Source of the DNA: Hydrurus foetidus
Taxonomy: Eukaryota
DNA: 64,000 bases
Reading direction: 5' to 3'
Assembly: GCA_900617105.1 (NCBI GenBank)
Contig: UYFQ01000511.1
Coordinates: forward strand, 1 to 64,000
Shown piece after piece: positions 1-9,026 of this stretch. A program made the position numbers and the translations under genes. The notes beneath the pieces were generated by a model that was given only the letters and a program-made list of their open reading frames with translations, did not search any database and was not told where the DNA came from. Numbering within the stretch: position 1 is the first letter of the stretch; each line of letters opens with the position of its first letter.

Positions 1-2
1 TA

Positions 3-1405
3 CAAAGGAGCGAGCGCCGAGCGTACAGCACGGATCCGACTGAATGCCAGTGCTGCGGTTTCGCAACACACCGGGTTGCGGACTGCCCCTTCAAGGGCCT
101 TCATGACACGAACAACCAGTACCACGTGTTATGGGGTGAGTCTGCGATGGGAAAGGCATGGATGGCTGAGGGTCATGACACCTTCGTAGAGCACCTGTAT
201 CTACCAGGATGGGAACTTCGTCGGAAGAAACGCGCGGAGGAGTCCTCAGAGGATGCGGATACATCCAAGCGAGTCCGTTACAACAGTGAGTCTGAGGACG
301 ACCGTCCCGCGCGAGACCGACGCACGCTGCAGGAGCGGGAGAGAGACGACCGCGATCTGAACGAACGCAAAGCACGCGAGCGACGCGCAGACCGTGGCCG
401 TTCTTCCAACCGCGAACGCAGTCGTGACAGAGACGATGACCGCCGAGACAGTCGTAAGTACGACAACAAGAAGGGCGGCGGACAGGGGTCACGCCACAAC
501 AGGGCCAGGGGCAGCTCCCAGCCTAGGAGCAGTTCCCAACCAAGATCCAACAAAGGAAGTAAGTCTCTAGCTGCTGTAGACTCTGTCCATGCACTCGCGC
601 CTGCATCTGACATTGTTGCTGCCATACAGCCGCTTACTGCGTTACCTGCACTTTCAGTTGTCTTACCCATCCCCGTACGTACGGACCTTGTACCCTCGGA
701 TGTGCAACCGCCCATCTCGACTAACCCGACTGATTACTTGTCTTGTAATATCTTTGCTGTACAGCGTAAAGACACGCAGGACGCGGTGATGGGACATTCG
801 AAACAAGTCGAGGGGGATGCGCTGCTGGACACGGAAGCTTTCCGGGGAACTTCATTTCGCGTGACTGCTTAGTCAGAATGAATGCACTGCAGTACATTTA
901 CACCTCACCTGTTCCCATGACTGTATGCAGTGGCCTGGATCGCACCTGCTATCTGAGTGTCAATGTTGTAGACATAGGCATCATCTTTCAATCACACGAT
1001 GATATTATACACACGGTGTACTTTACGGTTAACGTTAACCCAGACCAAGAAATCGATTTAATTGTGGGTCGGACAACCCTCGCGCTAAATAATTTTAACA
1101 TTTTGACACCATCCGCTTTGGGTTTCAAAGCACCGTCCGCACCACAACCGCCACCTTTGGCAGCTAAAAAGCCCGTCTCGGACAAACCGGATAAGCCCCC
1201 TAAGGACTACTCCCGTAAGACGGCCAAGGCGAAACCGCTATCCTTTAAGGTGATTGCTTCGACACCAGCTGTCGCTGACGCGGAGACGTTGCCAGCACGT
1301 ACTCCTGAGAAGTTGAACCCCTCACAGCGCAAGAAAGCAGCAAAGGAGAGAGCGAAACTCGCGGAGAAAATGAAGGCTAAGTATGGTCCCCACCATCTAC
1401 CATAG
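3..1405 (+). pseudogene. G1 gag C-terminus and aspartic protease (frameshifted as assembled)
   Basis: Frame open from base 3 encodes CQCCGFATHRVADC (C-x2-C-x4-H-x4-C). Adding one G at ~833 restores LLDTGSFPGNFISR and joins ORF 878-1405. Confidence 0.85.
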
Positions 1406-4400
1406 ACCATGTAGTTGCATCTTTGGTACCCGTCACCGACACTCAGCAGACTATATGCTCGCCAGATTGTAAGTGTGCAGCCCACAACGGTCTTGCTAAC
1501 CGCCCGGCTCGTGGCAACGAGGGTCGTCAGCTTCCAGGCAACGTAGTTGCTGCCTTGGCTGTACGTACGGACGATACACCGCGTCCGGGTGTCGACCTCC
1601 CTCACACCCCTTCGCACACACCACTTATAACAAGCGAAGATATTCTCCACCCTGTCTGCGTTAAGCCCAGTGGTATCATAGTCTCCGTCGATGAGATTGA
1701 TAATGAGAAAGTCGACACTTTCGGTGCCTTCTTCAGCGACAACAAGGACCTTCATAGAGGGGAGGACGACACCAAAGCTTTCTTAGAGCAATTTGTGTTC
1801 GCGGGTAGTGAGACCCAAGTACACAGATTAAAAGATCTTGTCATGGAATACCGAGACATCTTCAGCGATGTACTCGCGGAAAGAGCCGCGGACTTAACCC
1901 CGTTCCGGTTTAATGTGGAGGAACCCCTGTGGGAGACCCCAGGGAACAGGACCCCATGTCGACCCCAGTCGGTCAAGAACAACATCGAGATAGAGAAAGC
2001 TATCAAAACGATGCTTGCAGATGGCGTCATTGAGAAATCAAACGCATCTTATTACAGTCACCCAGTGATTGTACAGAAGACAGAAGACAAAGTGCGGGTC
2101 TGCATCGACTACAGGAACCTCAACGATTGCATCAAGCCCGCCAGCTGGCCCCTCCCCAACATCCGCGGGCTCTTCGAAAGAATTGGACACAACAAACCGA
2201 CGGTGTTTGGAGTCATGGACCTGACGGCGGGATACCATCAGGCCCCACTATACCCACCGCACCGTGTGTTCACGGCATTCCTGTGCTTCTGCGGCCTATA
2301 CCAATTTACACGGTTACCGTTTGGACCTAAACGGGCCCCCTCCTACTTCCAGGAGCAAATGGTCACCAAAGTCCTTCAAGGCTTACTGTACGTCTCCTGC
2401 GAGATGTACTTGGACGACTGCATAGTGTATGCATCAGATGAAGATCAGTTCCTCACCAGACTGAAGGAGGTATTCCAGCGCTTCCGAGAGCGCGGCCTTC
2501 TTCTGAAGGCTAAAAAGTGCAAATTTGGACTGCCCCAAATAGAGTATGTCGGGCGAGTCATCTCTAAAGATGGACTGTCTATGTCCATGGTCAAGATTAA
2601 ATCGGTACTCAACTTTGAGAAACCGCGGAACCTTCACGCCCTAAGATCCCTATTGGGACTGGCGAACTATTTCCGGGGATTTGTACCAAATCACTCCCTA
2701 ATAGTAAAGCCGCTTCAAGATATGATTGACCACAAGGGCAAGAAGAACTCACCACTGGTGTGGACACAGGGAAGTTCCGACGCGTTCCAAGCTATACGTA
2801 AGGCTATATCGCATTGCCCGCTGATGCATTTCCTGGACGACAGTGACGCACCTATACGGCTGTATACGGACGCCTCCGACTACGGTATAGGCGGTGTATT
2901 ATTCCAGATCGTTGACGACATTTGGCGACCGATATCCTTCGTCAGCAAGTCTTTCAACGCCACACAATCTCGTTGGTCAACGATACAGAAGGAGGCATAC
3001 GCAATCTTCCATTGCTGCCAGCAGATGGACACTCTCCTCCGCGACCGGGTGTTCACTATACACACAGATCACTTGAATCTGACGTATATGACCAACAACC
3101 CCAACTCGATGGTCACCCGCTGGTCCATAGCGATGCAGGAACTCGATTTCAAGATTCACTTCGTGCCAGGCTCCCAGAACAAATGGGCGGACACCCTGTC
3201 ACGCCTGTGTCCCAACCTTATGGAACTCGCCATGGATTACACCCCTAGGGTCATGGACGCCCCAGGTTTTATAGTAGCAGCACTGACCACATGCCCATTA
3301 GCTTCGGAGGAAGAATCGGAGTGGATGGAGCAAGCCCACAACTTCCGCGTCGGTCATGGCGGCGTAGACCGAACGATGCATAAGCTGGGTCTCATGGGCC
3401 GTTCTTGGCCGTACATGCGCAACCACGTCCGGTTATTCGTACGGTACTGTCCGTGCTGCCAGAAGATGAGTGCGGTACGCATTCCAATCAACGTACATAA
3501 GTTCACGACGGCAGGCGAGGTACTATTCGATGTCCTCAACATCGACTTCATCGGTCCATTCCCCGACGGCACACACGTGCTAGTCATAGTGGACTCATTT
3601 TCAAGATGGACAGAGCTGTTCCACTGCAAGGACAGCACGGCAGAGTCGGCATGCCGCTGTCTCTTGGAACACTTCGGTCGTTTCGGTTCTCCCAACCTGA
3701 TACGCTCCGATCGCGGACCACACTTTGCCAACGAACTCATAGAGAAATTTCTCTTGGCGGTTGGAACACCGCACAACCTCACACTAGCCTATTCGAAGGA
3801 GGAGAACTCCATCGTGGAGCGGGTCAACAAGGAGGTTAACCGCCACTTGCGCTCGTTTGTGTTCGAGACACTCGAGATGGACCAATACAAGCTTTGCCTC
3901 CCCTTTGTCCAACGGATCATGAACAGCTCAGTTCATGGCTCCACGGGAGTGTCACCGGGTAACCTGCTCTTCGGCAACCGCTTGGATCTGAACAGAGGCA
4001 TCCTCACGCCCTTTCAACCAGCCCTTCCATCTAAGACTCCGGGCTCACGCATCATGGCTGACATGATTAACGCTCAGGATACGACGCACAGGACAGTCCA
4101 AGAAATGGCGCAGGAACACGCGGCACAGCGCTTAACGGATCAGCCGGATCCAACCGTTTTCCCTGTCGGTTCGTACGTACTGGCGCAGTACGCTACAGGT
4201 CCCCCTACGCGACTACACACACGCTGGCAAGGTCCGATGGAGGTGATTTCCCATCGCGATTCGGAGTATGTACTCCTGAACATCGTCTCTAAGAAGACTA
4301 AAAGAATCCACGCTTCAAAGCTCAAGATATTCCTATTCGATCCAGCAAGGATCGAACCCATGGACTCAGCCCGACGCGACTACATGGAGTTCTATATCGA

Positions 4401-4605
4401 GGCGATCACGGCCCACAAAGGCAACACCAGGAAGGTCTCCACGTTGACCTTCCTCGTCAAGTGGCTTAATTACAGCGAGGAACACAACTCATGGGAGCCA
4501 TGGAGTGCTCTGAGACTCACGGACCAGCTACACACCTACCTCAAGAGCGCCGGACTGAAGGCGCTGGTTCCGCACAACCTGCGTGGCGAACATATGCCGG
4601 TGTGA
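1381..4605 (+). CDS. pol: G1 Pol: reverse transcriptase, RNase H, integrase, chromodomain
   Basis: RVCIDYR, LPFG, YLDD (RT); YTDASDYGIG, TDH (RNase H); H..GH/CPCCQ zinc motif, IDF, SDRG, ERVN (integrase DDE); FLVKWLNY..NSWEP (chromodomain). Frame opens at 1381. Confidence 0.95.
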   Translation, partial: VWSPPSTIDHVVASLVPVTDTQQTICSPDCKCAAHNGLANRPARGNEGRQLPGNVVAALAVRTDDTPRPGVDLPHTPSHTPLITSEDILHPVCVKPSGIIVSVDEIDNEKVDTFGAFFSDNKDLHRGEDDTKAFLEQFVFAGSETQVHRLKDLVMEYRDIFSDVLAERAADLTPFRFNVEEPLWETPGNRTPCRPQSVKNNIEIEKAIKTMLADGVIEKSNASYYSHPVIVQKTEDKVRVCIDYRNLNDCIKPASWPLPNIRGLFERIGHNKPTVFGVMDLTAGYHQAPLYPPHRVFTAFLCFCGLYQFTRLPFGPKRAPSYFQEQMVTKVLQGLLYVSCEMYLDDCIVYASDEDQFLTRLKEVFQRFRERGLLLKAKKCKFGLPQIEYVGRVISKDGLSMSMVKIKSVLNFEKPRNLHALRSLLGLANYFRGFVPNHSLIVKPLQDMIDHKGKKNSPLVWTQGSSDAFQAIRKAISHCPLMHFLDDSDAPIRLYTDASDYGIGGVLFQIVDDIWRPISFVSKSFNATQSRWSTIQKEAYAIFHCCQQMDTLLRDRVFTIHTDHLNLTYMTNNPNSMVTRWSIAMQELDFKIHFVPGSQNKWADTLSRLCPNLMELAMDYTPRVMDAPGFIVAALTTCPLASEEESEWMEQAHNFRVGHGGVDRTMHKLGLMGRSWPYMRNHVRLFVRYCPCCQKMSAVRIPINVHKFTTAGEVLFDVLNIDFIGPFPDGTHVLVIVDSFSRWTELFHCKDSTAESACRCLLEHFGRFGSPNLIRSDRGPHFANELIEKFLLAVGTPHNLTLAYSKEENSIVERVNKEVNRHLRSFVFETLEMDQYKLCLPFVQRIMNSSVHGSTGVSPGNLLFGNRLDLNRGILTPFQPALPSKTPGSRIMADMINAQDTTHRTVQEMAQEHAAQRLTDQPDPTVFPVGSYVLAQYATGPPTRLHTRWQGPMEVISHRDSEYVLLNIVSKKTKRIHASKLKIFLFDPARIEPMDSARRDYMEFYIEAITAHKGNTRKVSTLTFLVKWLNYSEEHNSWEPWSALRLTDQLHTYLKSAGLKALVPHNLRGEHMPV

Positions 4606-4833
4606 GATTTTTCTCAAAATTTAGCCTTTTTTTCACCCTACGTGGGTTTTACGGTTTTAGTCAGTGAAACCTGACATACTCACACCCGGTCAAGATCGCT
4701 GCTGTCGGATGCACGGACAATCCCGGGGAGGACCTCGTCCCAAACTCTCTTTTAGTCTAGTCATTTGCATCATTTTTCACAAACTTGATGTATTTTTCTG
4801 CTTCAATGTTAGTTCAATATTTTTTTATCCTTA

Positions 4834-4901
4834 GTTCAGCATAGGCATTAGTTGCCGCTTTGTGACGTCATCCTTTATCACCTTATTTGTTGATTCCAAC
4901 C
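4834..4901 (-). pseudogene. MULE transposase C-terminal fragment containing the catalytic Glu
   Basis: Removing the copia insertion gives NNTNGLESTNKVIKDDVTKRQLMPMLN, matching the MULE TNNxxESxN..IK motif. Confidence 0.85.
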
Positions 4902-5821
4902 TGTAAGACTAAATACAAGATGTCACCTTCTAGCGTTCGCAGCGAAGGTGGAGAAGCAGCTGCAGGCTACTGTCTCAATTCAGTGAGCTATCGAGTAGAC
5001 GAAGCTGTGAAGTACAACGTATTAAATTCTGATTAGAGTTTACAGATAGCCACGCAAAAGAGCTATCAGAACAGTTCATGACAGTGAAACTACCTTGAGA
5101 CAAAGTTCACAGCAAGATGTGTTGTTCATAGCATGTGCTTGAGGAACGTTGCATGAATGCTTATAGTAACGAAGTGTTTTGGCGATACTGAAGAATCATG
5201 AAAGGCGAACGTTCATTTGCGTGAGGTCAGAGGGTTCGTACTAACTGATACATGGCGATAGTACAGGGGTACGTATGCGTATATGTGCATATGAACGTAC
5301 ATGCGTGAGTACTAACTGCTATATGGCGATATTATAGAAGTACGTATGCATGTGTATATAAGAACGTACATGCGTAAGTACAGTGGTACTTACGTATGTA
5401 CGCCTATACATCTATGTACTACGCTATTGGCGATCGTACATACGTACATATTATATATGTACATACATGTGTAAGTACGTGTGTGTACGTATGCATATAA
5501 TAATTTGTACTAACATGTGCACGTACGTATGTACGTGTGTGCGTGACCATACAAGTGTACGCTATGCTACATGCGTGCGTATGGTACGTACGTACGTACG
5601 TACATATTGACTATGTACGTACATGTGTAAGTACATGTGTGTACGTATGCATAAATGAGTATGCACTAACATGTGTAAGTACGTGTGTACGTGTGCATGT
5701 TATCATATCTGCATGTGTACTTACGTACGTACGTGCCGCATAACGTACATGTATATATTTGTAACTATATTTGCAACTATATTACTACAGACATATCTTG
5801 ATAGAATCAAGTGGTCTGACA
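4902..5821 (-). repeat. Copia 3' LTR (920 bp)
   Basis: TGTAAGAC...GTCTGACA termini; about 6 substitutions and 2 small indels versus 12603-13519 by eye. Confidence 0.95.
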
Positions 5822-5830
5822 CTCCCCGTA
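5822..5830 (-). promoter_or_regulatory. Copia polypurine tract
   Basis: Minus strand TACGGGGAG immediately precedes the 3' LTR TG. Confidence 0.7.
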
Positions 5831-5953
5831 GTGAAGATGTAGTGTAAAATAATGCATGTTTACTTATGAGCTACCTTTATAATATTAGAATTAACATAGT
5901 ATATGTGTGATCAAGACAAATACAATATTAAAACATAATTAGTATAGTGCTAT

Positions 5954-7550
5954 TTAAAGATTTCGTCTCTGAGACTGATCTATAATTTGATTTAGAAGTT
6001 TATTAAATATTGGTAGAGAAACTCTTTTTGTACCAATATCTGAATTATTATCGCACGATTTAACTTTAACAACTACGCAAGTACCATCAGCAACCTTCTC
6101 TTTGACCCAGTTTTCGGTGAGGTCGAGGTGCCTTAGGTTGCGTGTCATGTGTGCTGCCTTAGAATGGTATATACAGGCTTGGTTGTCTTCTTCAATAGAG
6201 GTTGGACCTTGGACCCATCCCATCATGTTTAGGATGCCTCTGTTGGCTATGACCTCTGCTTTGAGTGTGTGGTTGACAGCCTTGATTTCCGACTCTGCCG
6301 TTGATGTTGATATGCTGCCTTGGTCGGTGGAACACCAGCAGATAAGGTTACGGCCGAGGTATCCAAGGTATGCAGTCTGGGAGTGGCTATTGTCGGGATT
6401 ACCACCCAAATCTGCATCGCATTGAAACCGGAGTTGAAGTAGCGTTGTCATAGTCTCGATGTCTCTGGGTCCATCGTGTCCATGGAACACTAGTCGATCA
6501 CTTCGTGCGTACTTGCAGTACTGCAATAAGTGTTTGAGGAATTTAATATGTCTGGGACCTGGGTTGTTACCATAACGGGATAGTACATTGAGTGCATACA
6601 GAATGCCGACCATGGTATGTACCATACCGTACATTAGTTGACCCACGACCCTCCTGTACGGGTACTTCATACACTGCATACGTTCCTCAGGGGTAGAAGC
6701 GTTGTCTAGTTTCGACAATGCAGGTTCTTGGTCCCCAGTCGGGTATGGTAAGTGCATGTCCTTCGCACCAGATATATTAGCCTCTTTTATTATTGAATCA
6801 ATCATGCGATGTTGATCCATATAATATGTGCCATCTTCATCACGCTGAATACGAATACCAACGAACTCCTTGTCAGTTGCATCAGTGACTTCATATTTGT
6901 GTGCATTGAAGGTGGCGATAATCAGATCCCATTCATCAAGTTTGTCCGAAGGACCAAACCATCTGAAGTCATCACTGTGAGCGATGATAAGCATGGGTCT
7001 ACCATCTGTGGTCCATTTAAAGAAGAACTTGAGGTCCCAGGGTGTGTTCTTGTAACCACACTCGAAGATACAAATATCGAACTCTATGGAAAAGTTTTGC
7101 CCTGCAGGTGGGAATCCATAAAGATTGCCGACAGCCTGAAAGCAGAAACCGGGTGGGCAAGTGTATCCCTGCGGTGTCTTTATGTGCACCGGGAAGTTAA
7201 CATTTGCTCTTGTAATGAGGTAAGCACCAATGAGGTCACCTCCTTTCATTACTAGTCCATATGCTGCTGCAATGCTTAGTGCCATCTTGATGGAACACGA
7301 TGATACATTTCCGCAGTATACGGCGTCGGGGTCGAAGTCCACGAGTGGTATCATCATATCTCCCCGTCCCACTAAACGGGCCTTTTCGTACCGTCGGTTT
7401 TTATACTAAAAAGCCACATCATTGGTACCAGGTGTTGGTCAATGTATGGTACTACATGTAAACATGAGTTCTTCTCGAATTTCTTTAATTCAGTATCTAT
7501 TGCGTTTTTCCATTCAGGTATAGCCATAGCTTTCCAGAATGATTTTGCAC
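5954..7550 (-). CDS. Copia reverse transcriptase-RNase H (N-terminus frameshifted at ~7385)
   Basis: KSFWKAM..W..AIDTEL, K(K)ARLVGRG, NLYGFP, HSDD, PYRRVVGQLMY; RNase H motifs DADLGG, STAESE, EDNQAC, SDIGTK. Confidence 0.92.
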
Positions 7551-9026
7551 ATTGAGTTGATCGAAATTGATGAAGAGTTTTTCGTGATGACTTGCTTCAA
7601 TCAATGAGAGAAAATGTTCGTGATTTCTAACATGAGTAGAGTACCAGTAGACAGCATCGTCATTTTCAATGTTTTGAATCGGTGTATTAATACCAATGTC
7701 ATTATCATCGATGTCGGATTTGTTATTTGTATCTCTAATTGGTGTTGGATCAAACGGTATATTCTGTTTTGTTGATTTGATATTAGTCGATCCAGATTTA
7801 TTAACAATTTTGTTATTGTTAATGACATTTGGATGTATTTTCGCTGGAATAGGATTTTCAGGAGTTCGATTCTGAATAATGCAAGGTATTACAGGTACAG
7901 GGTGTATTGGAATAGCTGGAGTTGCTAGTTGTTGTTCAGAATCTTTTTCAACTACCTTGTTAGCTGGTAGGACTGCAGAGATATCGTTATTGATATTCTG
8001 GTGTAAATTAGAAAAGTCAAGATCGGATGGGTACTCGTCCGTGTAATTATAATTATTGTCTTTGTCGAAAATGACGTCCTTACTTGTCCTAATTTTGCCG
8101 AAGATTCCGGTTGGTAGTATTTCGATGACCTTAAAACAAGGCTCGAGCGTTCTCGATAAATCGTAACCAACGAATCTGGCTTTGTATGCACGAGGAAAAC
8201 CGATTTTTCCTTTCCTATCTTCAAGCGCGATGTGAACCCAACATAAGCTCCAAAAGGCCTTGAGGTTCTTGAGGATTACATGCTTTCCAGTGATGAGATG
8301 ATACGGTGATGTCTTGATTGCTGAATGGTAATTGAATGCATGGGTGATGCATGTATACTCAAAGGCAAGATCCCAAAACTTCTGTGGTACTGTCATCCCT
8401 AAAGGTTGCATGGTGATGTTGCACTTCATCGATAAGACGCCTACTGCACGTTCTGCGATTCCATTTGCATGTTTGTCGCGAGGTGGTGTTGGCTCAAGTC
8501 GATATCCAAAGTTGTGTAGGCATTGGAGGAATTCAGCTGACCGATAAGATTTCTCTGCATCGGCTCTGATGAATCGGTCTACGCCTGGAAGCGAGGGCTT
8601 CCACTCAGGATGTGATTGGAAGAGGGTGGAGAAGCTTTTAACAAGTTCTGCAGCTCCCCGGTCTTTCGTGAAGCATGGATAACTTCGTCTTGTAGATAAG
8701 TCCGTGATAATATCGCAGTACTTATAACCGGCCTGTGACCGGTGTGTATGTGTATACGCGTCAAGTGAGAATTGACTGCCGTAGCAAGGAGATGGCAAAC
8801 GGTGTATACGAAGATGGTCCGTAGAGGTCTGTCGCATCGTGCCCTGTACGCATGCTGCGCATATTGGTCTTGGTGTAGATGCATCCAAGTTGGAGTAGTG
8901 TGCTCCAATGGTGTGCTGTCGGTGCCAGGCCATACCCTCTTCGCCAGGGTGTCCTAGTACGCGATGCACGTGGTCGTAAATCGAAAGCTCCTTTACACTC
9001 GTGACCAAGAGTTGAGCCGGTTGCAC
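7497..9026 (-). CDS. Copia integrase with N-terminal HHCC zinc motif
   Basis: HRVLGH...CAAC; SLDAY, RADAE, NGIAER (DDE); ARFVGY. In frame with the upstream gag-PR ORF across a single TGA. Confidence 0.92.
   Translation of the reverse strand: MQPAQLLVTSVKELSIYDHVHRVLGHPGEEGMAWHRQHTIGAHYSNLDASTPRPICAACVQGTMRQTSTDHLRIHRLPSPCYGSQFSLDAYTHTHRSQAGYKYCDIITDLSTRRSYPCFTKDRGAAELVKSFSTLFQSHPEWKPSLPGVDRFIRADAEKSYRSAEFLQCLHNFGYRLEPTPPRDKHANGIAERAVGVLSMKCNITMQPLGMTVPQKFWDLAFEYTCITHAFNYHSAIKTSPYHLITGKHVILKNLKAFWSLCWVHIALEDRKGKIGFPRAYKARFVGYDLSRTLEPCFKVIEILPTGIFGKIRTSKDVIFDKDNNYNYTDEYPSDLDFSNLHQNINNDISAVLPANKVVEKDSEQQLATPAIPIHPVPVIPCIIQNRTPENPIPAKIHPNVINNNKIVNKSGSTNIKSTKQNIPFDPTPIRDTNNKSDIDDNDIGINTPIQNIENDDAVYWYSTHVRNHEHFLSLIEASHHEKLFINFDQLNVQNHSGKLWLYLNGKTQ

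Larger units (their letters stand above)
1..4832 (+). mobile_element. Ty3/gypsy LTR retrotransposon with chromodomain integrase (element G1); 5' part outside window, 3' PPT/LTR missing
   Basis: CCHC knuckle, aspartic protease, then RT-RNaseH-integrase-chromodomain order. No polypurine tract plus TG..CA LTR is visible before MULE-derived sequence starts at ~4833. Confidence 0.9.

Noticed and set aside
1381..1405. Programmed -1 frameshift between G1 PR and RT
   Set aside because: No X XXY YYZ slippery heptamer; one missing C in a C run explains it.
4861..4870. TGTGACGTCA as the start of a G1 LTR or a copy of the G2 palindrome
   Set aside because: It is MULE coding sequence (D-V-T codons) on the minus strand.
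5383..5743. Tyr/Val/Cys-rich ORFs in the copia LTRs (also 13086-13370)
   Set aside because: Translation artefacts of the alternating RY repeat.
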